A stretch of 64,000 nucleotides of DNA. It comes from a bacterium. Lineage in GTDB: Bacteria > Patescibacteriota > Minisyncoccia > Phycocordibacterales > CALRBL01. Shown here one piece after another: positions 38,121-46,320 of the stretch (position 1 is the stretch's first letter; the number at the start of each line of letters is the position of its first letter). A program made the position numbers and the translations under genes. Below the pieces are notes generated by a model. That model was not told the DNA's origin. It worked only from the letters and a program-made list of their open reading frames with translations, and did not search any database. Location: assembly GCA_027487075.1 (NCBI GenBank), contig JAIYEG010000002.1, forward strand, positions 79,202 through 143,201, in the 5' to 3' direction.

Positions 38121-38505
38121 TATATAAGGAATGAAACTGTGCTTTTACTTTTTTAAAATCATTTCCATCAACTTGACCGAGGCGAGTAAAAAGTCTTCTG
38201 TAATCTATAGTTCGCACCCGGTGTAAACAAACCTTCATTTCTGTATTATCTAAAATTAATGGTACATACCATGATCCTTCTTTTATCTGAGTAGTCGTAG
38301 GCGCAACCAAGTAGAAACCACGAGCTAATTTCTTAAGAATCAAACCAGGTCTTGTATAAACAGAGCTTTTACCATTAATTTCAGAACCAATATTTTGACC
38401 AAAACTTATCCACCATATATCCCTTTCACTGACCAACGGAGGAGAAGCTTCGACTGAATGCAGTTTTACCTTTACTGCTATCCACTTTAAAAACACATCA
38501 ATCAT
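38116..38505 (-). CDS. MazF/PemK-family endoribonuclease toxin-like protein with no adjacent antitoxin gene
   Basis: ...ERDIWWISFGQNIGSEINGKSSVYTRPGLILKK...FYLVAPTTTQIKEGSWYVPLILDN...KVCLHRVRTIDYRRL matches the PemK/MazF pattern (RPxLVL, PxTS/T, IRTID.RRL). AT-rich. There is no upstream ORF on the same strand. Confidence 0.7.
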   Translation of the reverse strand: MIDVFLKWIAVKVKLHSVEASPPLVSERDIWWISFGQNIGSEINGKSSVYTRPGLILKKLARGFYLVAPTTTQIKEGSWYVPLILDNTEMKVCLHRVRTIDYRRLFTRLGQVDGNDFKKVKAQFHSLYK

Positions 38506-38541
38506 GTACTCATTTTAGAGTATGGGAGTAAAATGCTACCG

Positions 38542-38843
38542 AATATATCTTCAGTTTATCCTAAATTTGGAGAAATAATCTCCTCATGTCAGGATATACA
38601 CGGAACCTCTTACGTGTGAGAGTAACACGTCGATAATCGACCTGAGCCACAATGTCGGCCGTATCTATAACGGTCCGGTGGAAGGAAGAGTCTGCGGCCT
38701 ATCAGCTAGTTGGTGTGACGTAGTAAGTAGCGTCGAGCGAAGATGACGTCGAGTCCAGGTTCACCTGGAGGAGGGTAAATGCCTACCAAGGCTATGACGG
38801 GTAGCGAGAACAGAAGATGAACTCGCCTCACACAAGGGAATCC
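38542..38843 (+). pseudogene. Orphan 16S rRNA 5'-domain-like fragment (E. coli positions about 8-330 equivalent) with a 58-nt insertion
   Basis: 16S blocks in native order: agtttatcct, gtgagagtaacacgt, gcggcctatcagctagttggtg, then the insertion, then ggtaaatgcctaccaaggctatgacgggtagc, then degenerate. Ends in its own terminator. No remainder of the SSU gene follows. Confidence 0.7.
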
Positions 38844-38878
38844 CGGCGGCGTGTCATGTACACGCCGCCGCTTTTTAT
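38844..38878 (+). terminator. Intrinsic terminator ending the 16S-like fragment
   Basis: cGGCGGCGTGT-catgt-ACACGCCGCCg + cttttt. Its T-run overlaps the stop codon of the convergent gene. Confidence 0.6.
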
Positions 38879-40116
38879 ATATTATTTCCCGCAACAAACC
38901 CCGTCGTCCAGCAGAGCTGCAGGCTGTACCCGCCGCTTGGCCTATCAATATTCAAAATATCTCCCACGAGGTAAAGATTCGGGAAGAACCGTGACTGCAT
39001 AGTCTTGAAATCTACTTCATCGAGCTTCACGCCGCCTGAGGTCACGATGGCCTGGTCTGTTCCTAAAAGTCCTTCTACATGAAGCGGGATATTCTTGAGC
39101 GTCTGGATGAGCTTGATGCGTTGTTCACGTGTGATATTGCTGTTGGTGGTATCAAGATCAATTCCTGAAAGCGTGAGTACCGGCTCGACGAGTGTCGAAA
39201 GTATGATCGTGCCAAGCGCATTCTTCAGCTTCTTTTTATTCTCTTTTGCAAAAAGTTCCATGAGCATCGTATTGATGCGGTCATGACCTTGGTTGGGAAG
39301 GAGATCGAGCCCGATCACCACCTCGCCATATTTCAACAGCTCGCCGACATCCTGGCTCATATTGAGCACCATCGGTCCAGAAACTCCGAAATGCGTGAAG
39401 AGTACACGCCCCGTCTTTTTGCTCACCGCGCTTTCTTGCTTCACGCCATTTTGAAACAGCGTCAGTCGGACCTCCTGAAGCGTCGCTCCTTGGAGTTTCT
39501 TGGTCCACTCATCTTTGAGTGCTACGGGCACGAGCACCGCTTGAGGCTCGATGACGGTGTGGCCGATCTGCTTCAACCATTCGAAACCATCACCCGTCGA
39601 TCCTGTTTCTGGCCGAGACTTTCCGCCGGTTGCCAGTACATATGATTTTGCCTTGAGGATTTCGCCGCCTTTGAGGGTGACACCTACGATCTCTGACCCT
39701 TCCTTAACAAACCCCGTCACCTCTGCATTTGAACGCACCTCGACGCTTTGCGATCGCATATATTCCACAAGTACATCCCACACCGACTGCGCTTTGTCCG
39801 TGACAGGGAAGACGCGTTTCTCGTTTTCCACTTTGGTCTCCATGTCGCGCAGATGAAAGAACTCAAGCGACTCCTTGACGCTGTATTGTGAGAATGCCGA
39901 GAACAGATACTTGCCATCATCCTTGAATTTGGCGAGGAGTGCGCGGTCATCGAACTCGGCATTAGTCACATTACAACGTCCGCCACCAGTGATGAGGAGT
40001 TTTTTGCCGAGAGTGTCATTTTTCTCGAGCAGCAACACCGAAAGGCCGCGCTCCGCAGCGCGTCCAGCTGCCATCATGCCCGATGGCCCGCCTCCGATGA
40101 CGATTACATCGTACAT
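38875..40116 (-). CDS. NAD(P)/FAD-dependent oxidoreductase, HI0933/BaiN family
   Basis: MYDVIVIGGGPSGMMAAGRAAERG dinucleotide-binding motif. Full-length HI0933-like layout ending ...GYSLQLCWTTGFVAG. Confidence 0.85.
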   Translation of the reverse strand: MYDVIVIGGGPSGMMAAGRAAERGLSVLLLEKNDTLGKKLLITGGGRCNVTNAEFDDRALLAKFKDDGKYLFSAFSQYSVKESLEFFHLRDMETKVENEKRVFPVTDKAQSVWDVLVEYMRSQSVEVRSNAEVTGFVKEGSEIVGVTLKGGEILKAKSYVLATGGKSRPETGSTGDGFEWLKQIGHTVIEPQAVLVPVALKDEWTKKLQGATLQEVRLTLFQNGVKQESAVSKKTGRVLFTHFGVSGPMVLNMSQDVGELLKYGEVVIGLDLLPNQGHDRINTMLMELFAKENKKKLKNALGTIILSTLVEPVLTLSGIDLDTTNSNITREQRIKLIQTLKNIPLHVEGLLGTDQAIVTSGGVKLDEVDFKTMQSRFFPNLYLVGDILNIDRPSGGYSLQLCWTTGFVAGNNI

Positions 40117-40165
40117 ACGCCCATCCTAGCATAGTGCCCTCAATATCTGTTATAGTAGGGGTATT

Positions 40166-40621
40166 ATGACATCAACACACGAATTACCATCAGAATTATA
40201 CGGGGTTGAAAAGTGGAAGAAGATGGCTCTTGATAATGAGCTCATTTCTCAAGAAGAGGCGACACAGATTGAATCAACGAAGGATCTAGGAATACTCGCG
40301 AAACATCATGCAGAGTTACTCAAAAGCAAGTTGCATGAATCTCCGTTTTTTGCTATCGGCTCAGGTGAACAAATGGAACTTTCATTTGAAAGAAGTCAGT
40401 TACTTGATTTTCGCTTCAAGACAATCTTTGGATATTCTCAAGCTGAATTTTATCTGCAACTTGATACGGTTATTGAGAATCTAGGTAAAGTTACTTCAAA
40501 TGAAGAAGTGAGCGAAGAAACATCAGGGAATTATTTTCTCATTATCCTTCGCACCCTTTACGACATTGCAAAGAAAGTTGCAGAAACTCACGAACACGGA
40601 TACGAGACACCCCAAGCTTAA
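40166..40621 (+). CDS. Hypothetical protein (AT-rich), 3 nt upstream of trpS
   Basis: 151-aa ORF with no motif. Confidence 0.4.
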   Translation: MTSTHELPSELYGVEKWKKMALDNELISQEEATQIESTKDLGILAKHHAELLKSKLHESPFFAIGSGEQMELSFERSQLLDFRFKTIFGYSQAEFYLQLDTVIENLGKVTSNEEVSEETSGNYFLIILRTLYDIAKKVAETHEHGYETPQA

Positions 40622-40624
40622 CCT

Positions 40625-41569
40625 ATGCAGAAAACCCTCCTTTCAGGTGTAAAACCAACAGGACGACCACACATTGGCAACTATTTCGGTGCCATGAAGC
40701 AATTTGTGGATCTTCAACATGACTACAAAACATACGTCATGATTGCTGATTATCATGCGCTCATATCGACTCATAACAAAGAGCAGCTTCACCAAGATCT
40801 CCTCGATCTCATGATTGACTACCTTGCAATTGGTCTTGACCCTGAGAAGTGTGTCATCTTCAAACAATCTGATGTATCAGAGCACACCGAGCTTGCGTGG
40901 ATTTTCAACTGTTTGACCACTATGCCATATCTCATGCGTGCACACGCCTACAAAGATGCAGAAGCAAAAGGAAAAGAGGTGAATGTAGGACTCTTCGGAT
41001 ATCCTGTACTTATGGGGGCAGACATCCTTTTGTATGATGTCGACACCGTACCTATCGGTATCGACAACAAGCAACACCTCGAAATCGCACGAGAACTCGC
41101 ACGAAAATTCAACACCACCTTCACTGAGGTCTTCAAAGAACCTACCGAAGCGATTGTTCCTGAGGTTGCCACCGTCCCCGGCATCGACGGACAAAAAATG
41201 TCAAAGAGCTACAACAACACCATTCCGCTTTTTGCATCCGATGAAGAGATAAAGAAGCAAGTGATGGCAATTGTGACCGACTCAGGCTCAGACATTCCAA
41301 AAAATGTGTATGCCATCCACGCACTCATCAAACCAAAAGAGGAGCTCGACGCACTCTACGAAGCCAACAAAGGCAAGTACAAAGTCCTCAAGGACGCACT
41401 CATCGACGACCTCATCGCATTCATCGCACCACTTCGTGAAAAACGCAAAGCATGGGAGAATAGAATCGACGACGTAAAAGAGATACTCCGAAAAGGTGGC
41501 GAAGAAGCCAAAAAGACCGCATCAGAAAAGATGAAGAAAGTGAGGGAAGCAATCGGAGTGACGTTGTAG
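40625..41569 (+). CDS. trpS: Tryptophanyl-tRNA synthetase
   Basis: SGVKPTGRPHIGNYFGA (HIGH-like), IADYHALI and KMSKS (DGQKMSKSYNN). Confidence 0.9.
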   Translation: MQKTLLSGVKPTGRPHIGNYFGAMKQFVDLQHDYKTYVMIADYHALISTHNKEQLHQDLLDLMIDYLAIGLDPEKCVIFKQSDVSEHTELAWIFNCLTTMPYLMRAHAYKDAEAKGKEVNVGLFGYPVLMGADILLYDVDTVPIGIDNKQHLEIARELARKFNTTFTEVFKEPTEAIVPEVATVPGIDGQKMSKSYNNTIPLFASDEEIKKQVMAIVTDSGSDIPKNVYAIHALIKPKEELDALYEANKGKYKVLKDALIDDLIAFIAPLREKRKAWENRIDDVKEILRKGGEEAKKTASEKMKKVREAIGVTL

Positions 41570-41575
41570 TTACAT

Positions 41576-43366
41576 ATGCAAAAAGTAACAGACGTTCTTA
41601 TCAATGCCAAGCGGCTCAATGCAATCTTGTGGAAGAACCGCAAGAGCTTTTTGCTATTCTCTATCGTATTCTCCATCATCAGTGCCCTCATTCCGTATGC
41701 AACATCGGGAGTGAACGCACTTCTCGTCAATCATCTCACTACGACTGCGGGGGCGGGCATTTCAGATACACTTCTCGTCCTCGCTCTCACCTCAGCCATC
41801 CTTTTCTTCATCCCAGACATCGTCAGCTCAATCAATACATGGGTAGAAAAACGCATTTGGGTCGACATCGGCCAAATCATTCAACTTCAGTACCTCAAGA
41901 AAAAGGGAGAGATTGATATTCAAACCTACGAAGACCCTAAATTTCTTGATACGCTCAACAAAGCAGAAGATCGTGGTGTGTGGCCGACCACAAACTTTCT
42001 TAGCCTTCAATTCAACGCATTCGGCAATATCATTGGCCTCATCACAGGACTTGGGATTCTCTTGTTCTTCAACTGGATGATCTGTCTTCTCATCATTATT
42101 GCTATCATTCCTCAATTTATCGTGGAGATTAAGTTCAACAACGACACATGGGGAATTTGGAATGCAGATGCTGCAACCCGCCGAAGATTCAATAATCTGC
42201 GTGATCATTTCGAACAAAAGAATTGGCTCATTGAGCTCAAACTCTTCCAGAATGTACACCTATTCTACACACAAATCAAAGAGATTCTCATTTCATTTAA
42301 TGACAAACAACGAAACATCGAGCGTACCAAACTTTTCTTTGAAATTGGTTCGACCATACTAAGTGGAGCAATCATCGGTGGTGTCATCATCTGGGTAGTC
42401 CTCAATGTTGCTAAGGGGGACTCAAGTATTGGCGCTCTTTTGTTTCTCATGACTTCTATTAGCCAACTTCAAGGTTCACTCATCGCATTCCTCAGCCGTC
42501 TTGCACGTCTTCACGAATACAGCTTGTATTGTGCAGACATATTTAAGGTACTCAGTACTTCACCCGCACTTCCGCGTGCTCAGCATCCTGTCACCCTCAC
42601 GGGAGAAACTCCTGAAATCATCTTTGAGAACGTCTCATTCGCATATCCCTCAAGCCCTGAAAAGCTCACGCTCGAACACATTTCACTCACCATTCGCAAA
42701 GGAGAGAAATTTGCGCTGGTAGGAGAAAACGGTGCAGGGAAGACCACCTTCGTGAAGCTTTTGTGCCGTATCTACGATCCCACCGAGGGACGTATTCTCG
42801 TCGATGGTGTTGACCTTCGCAAAATCGACCTCGAGAGCTGGTACAAGACCTTGGGAATTTTGTTCCAAGAATATGCGCCGTATAAGTTTGCAGTGAAGGA
42901 CTCCATTGCACTTGGTCGTTCAGATGACCCCTTCGACTTTGAGCGTATTCAAAATGCTGCACTTGCCAGTGAGTCTGATAGCTTTATCCAACAGTGGCCA
43001 CAGAAGTACGATCAACAGCTTGGCACAGAGTTTGATCAAGGAATCGACCCATCAAAAGGTCAACAACAACGTCTTGCTATTGCTCGCCTCATGCACCGCA
43101 AAGCAGGAGTGCTTATTCTTGATGAGCCGACCGCTGCTATCGACGCAGAAGCAGAGAAGAAGATTTTTGACCAAATCGAACGAGAGGCGAAGAACCAGAC
43201 CGTCATTCTTATTTCTCACAAGTTTTCAACGGTAAAGAACGCAGATCGTATCTGCGTATTCAAAGGAAAGACCGTGCATGAGATGGGTTCACACGAGGAA
43301 TTGCTTCGTAAGAAAGGGACGTATGCGAGGTTGTTTAGTGAGCAAGCGGAGGCGTATACTATCTAA
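41576..43366 (+). CDS. ABC exporter, fused TMD-NBD (MsbA/type I exporter-like)
   Basis: Six-TM N-terminal domain, Walker A GENGAGKTT, signature LSKGQQQRLAIAR, Walker B LILDEPTAAID. Confidence 0.85.
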   Translation: MQKVTDVLINAKRLNAILWKNRKSFLLFSIVFSIISALIPYATSGVNALLVNHLTTTAGAGISDTLLVLALTSAILFFIPDIVSSINTWVEKRIWVDIGQIIQLQYLKKKGEIDIQTYEDPKFLDTLNKAEDRGVWPTTNFLSLQFNAFGNIIGLITGLGILLFFNWMICLLIIIAIIPQFIVEIKFNNDTWGIWNADAATRRRFNNLRDHFEQKNWLIELKLFQNVHLFYTQIKEILISFNDKQRNIERTKLFFEIGSTILSGAIIGGVIIWVVLNVAKGDSSIGALLFLMTSISQLQGSLIAFLSRLARLHEYSLYCADIFKVLSTSPALPRAQHPVTLTGETPEIIFENVSFAYPSSPEKLTLEHISLTIRKGEKFALVGENGAGKTTFVKLLCRIYDPTEGRILVDGVDLRKIDLESWYKTLGILFQEYAPYKFAVKDSIALGRSDDPFDFERIQNAALASESDSFIQQWPQKYDQQLGTEFDQGIDPSKGQQQRLAIARLMHRKAGVLILDEPTAAIDAEAEKKIFDQIEREAKNQTVILISHKFSTVKNADRICVFKGKTVHEMGSHEELLRKKGTYARLFSEQAEAYTI

Positions 43367-43367
43367 T

Positions 43368-44960
43368 ATGAAAACTGGAAAGGCTGAATCACTCGAACAA
43401 ATGAAGAAAGCCGGTTTCAATGTGCCTGATTTTTTTATTGTTGAGCAGAGGCCAACCAAAGAAACAAGTGACACATTTCTCGCCAAGTTTGACGCGCTTA
43501 AGACCAAAAGTGTTGCAGTACGATCTTCAACAAATGTTGAAGATGGGGAACATAATTCTTGGGCAGGGCAGTTCACTTCACACTTGAATGTGGCAAAAGA
43601 AAATCTTATTGAGAAAATAAATAGTTGTTTTGATTCAGTTCATACAACAAACGTTACATCATATAAAAATTCATTTGGTATAGAGAAGGAGATTAGTATG
43701 AATGTTATCGTTCAAAAAATGATTCATGCTGACTATGCAGGTGTAGCATTTTCAGTAAATCCGATAACTAAAAAATCTGATGTTTTAATTGAAGTTGTTA
43801 AAGGTACTGGTGAATCACTAGTTTCTGGCAAAGTAACCCCCCAAACATATCACATTGATAAGACAACTAAACAAATTGATATTGTTAGTAGTGATTCTTC
43901 AGATACCCTAAATTCATTTCCGATTTTACAACTATTTGAAATTATTTTAAAAATAGAATCATTTTATAACTTTCCGTGTGACATTGAATGGGCATACGAA
44001 AAAGATACTTTTTATATTCTCCAATGTCGCCCTATAACAACTATTAAGGACACTGACTTAATCGAAAGTTATATTGCAACACAAAGAATGATCTCACTCG
44101 GTACCCGAGGCCCTGATACACTTGAAGCAAAACTTAAAATAATGGGATGGTCAACAAATTTTAAGAAGGAGTTTGGGGTTGGTTACCGTACCATAGTTAT
44201 CAATTCTGAAGGTAAGCAATACGGTGATTTTGAGAGTCTTGAAAAGATTGATTTCTTTTTTGATAACAGGGATATTTCTTTTGCAAAAAAGTACATCAAG
44301 AAAATGTCAGATTTAAATAGCGACCTGAATGATAAAATATTAAGATTTCCTGATGAAGAATTTATTGAAGAACTTTCTTATCTTTTTACCTACTTTAGCG
44401 CAATTCGTTGGACAATAGAAAATGTTTACAAAAAATCTTCAGCAGAAGATAAAAAATTAATTGATGATTGGAGAAACGACGAAACTATATTTTCGTCACT
44501 GGAGTTATATGGAAAAGTTCACCCTCTTTCTGATCCAGATTCTTGGAGTGTAGTGGGAATCGATGACCAGATCACCATCTTACCAAAAGTAATTAACTGC
44601 GCCATTAAAAGTGAGGCATCCTCTTCTCATGAAATTAAGGGTCAGACAGCTTATCCCGGTATAATTTCTGGCACAGCAAGAGTTGCACTAACGGACGAAA
44701 TTAGAGATTCGATTAAAGAGGGAGATATTATTGTAGCACCGATGACAACGCTCGATTTTACCCACGCCATGTCAATTGCAGCAGGCTTTGTTACTGATGA
44801 AGGTGGAATTACCTGCCATGCGGCTATAGTTGCGAGAGAATTGAAGAAACCTTGCATCATTGGAACACGTAACGGTACTCAAATAATTAAGGATGGTGAC
44901 ATTGTTGAGCTTGATGCAACTAACGGAATTGTGAGAATACTTAATGTACCGGAAGCATAG
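43368..44960 (+). CDS. PEP-utilising phosphotransferase (PPDK_N ATP-grasp N-terminus plus PEP-utilisers swivel-His C-terminus, Rph/PEP-synthase-like architecture)
   Basis: N-terminus ...VAVRSSTNVEDGEHNSWAGQFTSHLNV...GVAFSVNPITKKSDVLIEVVKGTGESLVSGKVTP. C-terminus ...GGITCHAAIVARELKKPCIIGTRNG. An AT-rich middle domain of about 250 aa is unknown. The ATG is 2 nt after the ABC exporter stop. The ORF-track start at 43278 is over-extended. Confidence 0.7.
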   Translation: MKTGKAESLEQMKKAGFNVPDFFIVEQRPTKETSDTFLAKFDALKTKSVAVRSSTNVEDGEHNSWAGQFTSHLNVAKENLIEKINSCFDSVHTTNVTSYKNSFGIEKEISMNVIVQKMIHADYAGVAFSVNPITKKSDVLIEVVKGTGESLVSGKVTPQTYHIDKTTKQIDIVSSDSSDTLNSFPILQLFEIILKIESFYNFPCDIEWAYEKDTFYILQCRPITTIKDTDLIESYIATQRMISLGTRGPDTLEAKLKIMGWSTNFKKEFGVGYRTIVINSEGKQYGDFESLEKIDFFFDNRDISFAKKYIKKMSDLNSDLNDKILRFPDEEFIEELSYLFTYFSAIRWTIENVYKKSSAEDKKLIDDWRNDETIFSSLELYGKVHPLSDPDSWSVVGIDDQITILPKVINCAIKSEASSSHEIKGQTAYPGIISGTARVALTDEIRDSIKEGDIIVAPMTTLDFTHAMSIAAGFVTDEGGITCHAAIVARELKKPCIIGTRNGTQIIKDGDIVELDATNGIVRILNVPEA

Positions 44961-45009
44961 CATACTTGACCTCTGTAAGCAAATGTGACCTTTTTACGTC
45001 TATCGTTAT

Positions 45010-45915
45010 ATGCTTACCATAACAAAGATACCAAGAGGAAATGAGGGACACGAAGTAATTGAGTGTTTTTTGAAAACAAAAAAGGTAAGCTCTATCTTCT
45101 TTTGTTCTCCCTTTACAATTCAAACATGGCTAAATACTGAGATAAAAGAGCTTTACCTTGCGAGTTTTAGAAATGAAAAGATACTTTTGGTCTATGACAT
45201 TAAAAGAAAGAAAGATGTGCGCTTCTTGCTTGAATATCCATCCGATGAATTTATGAGAAGCGTCATCGAATACTTCGATGCAAAGTATATTGGAGTTAAT
45301 GAGCTTCATCATATTCCACCCCACATTGAAAATCCCCATGATCAATGTGACGATTATTTAGTTGATGTTGCTACTGTTGAAGGAATGTTCGATGGGATGG
45401 TACGTAGAGAATATAACAGATGTGTGAGACGACACCCAAGAATCTTTTTCAAAGAAGTTGAAAACAGCGATAGAGTCGCTATAAAATTGTTTCTTGAAAA
45501 ATGGCTTTATACCCGTACTGACGAACAGAATAAATTCTCTCGTATTTCGAATGAACTCTATTTTATTGATTCTTATCTTGATAATCCCCAAGCATATGGT
45601 GGTGTAGTTTATGATGGCGATCAGATTGTGGCACTTACTTTTTTTGTGCAATCGATGATAGAGGGTGTAGCTCTTTCAACCACCAGCAAAGTGTTAAGGG
45701 GCTATACAAAGCTAGGAACATATCTTTCCGTGGAACAGGCAAAAATGTTAAAGAAAAAAGGATTCAATAAGGTAAATATCGGGAAAATGAATAACGAATT
45801 TAAGAGAAAATTCTTGCTAAATGCCACCCCTCTCAGTATATACGCTTACGAAGCGTGGATTAAGGAGGGCTGGAAATTTACTTCGAATTTTCTTCAGAGA
45901 GGACTTATCATGTAA
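45010..45915 (+). CDS. Hypothetical protein (AT-rich)
   Basis: 301-aa ORF with no confident motif. Composition matches the neighbouring phosphotransferase gene. Confidence 0.45.
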   Translation: MLTITKIPRGNEGHEVIECFLKTKKVSSIFFCSPFTIQTWLNTEIKELYLASFRNEKILLVYDIKRKKDVRFLLEYPSDEFMRSVIEYFDAKYIGVNELHHIPPHIENPHDQCDDYLVDVATVEGMFDGMVRREYNRCVRRHPRIFFKEVENSDRVAIKLFLEKWLYTRTDEQNKFSRISNELYFIDSYLDNPQAYGGVVYDGDQIVALTFFVQSMIEGVALSTTSKVLRGYTKLGTYLSVEQAKMLKKKGFNKVNIGKMNNEFKRKFLLNATPLSIYAYEAWIKEGWKFTSNFLQRGLIM

Positions 45916-46320
45916 ATAAAACACATCACCAAAAGGGATAGTGAATACAAGCGACTATATGAACTTCAGATTGGTTTGCATGAGTAAAAAAATTGACAAA
46001 CCCTTGATACTTTCTTCGGATGTACTTGAGCCCTTTTCTTTATTATAGTGAGTATTATCATTAGCATATATTCGCCATGACCACTACAACTGAACAAGTA
46101 CTGATCAAGGAAATCCGCACCATGACATTAACAGCCTCAAGAGCGATGTGTCGGACATCCGATCTGGTATACACACACTTAATGCACAGAAAGAACAGCA
46201 TTTCACCGACATCATGTCGACTCTCCAGCATGGTGGCACCTTCTTCCAAGATCATGAGGGTCGGATCACTGTTCTCGAAGAATCTCGCCCCTAAGCCCTT
46301 TTTCTGCTATATTCAGGGCT

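Noticed and set aside
38542-38843. Calling the 16S-like stretch a genuine SSU rRNA gene
   Set aside because: Only about 300 nt of 5'-domain homology, with degenerate universal sites. It is terminated by its own hairpin and is followed by a convergent protein gene, so there is no room for the remaining 1200 nt. It is reported as a fragment/mimic instead.
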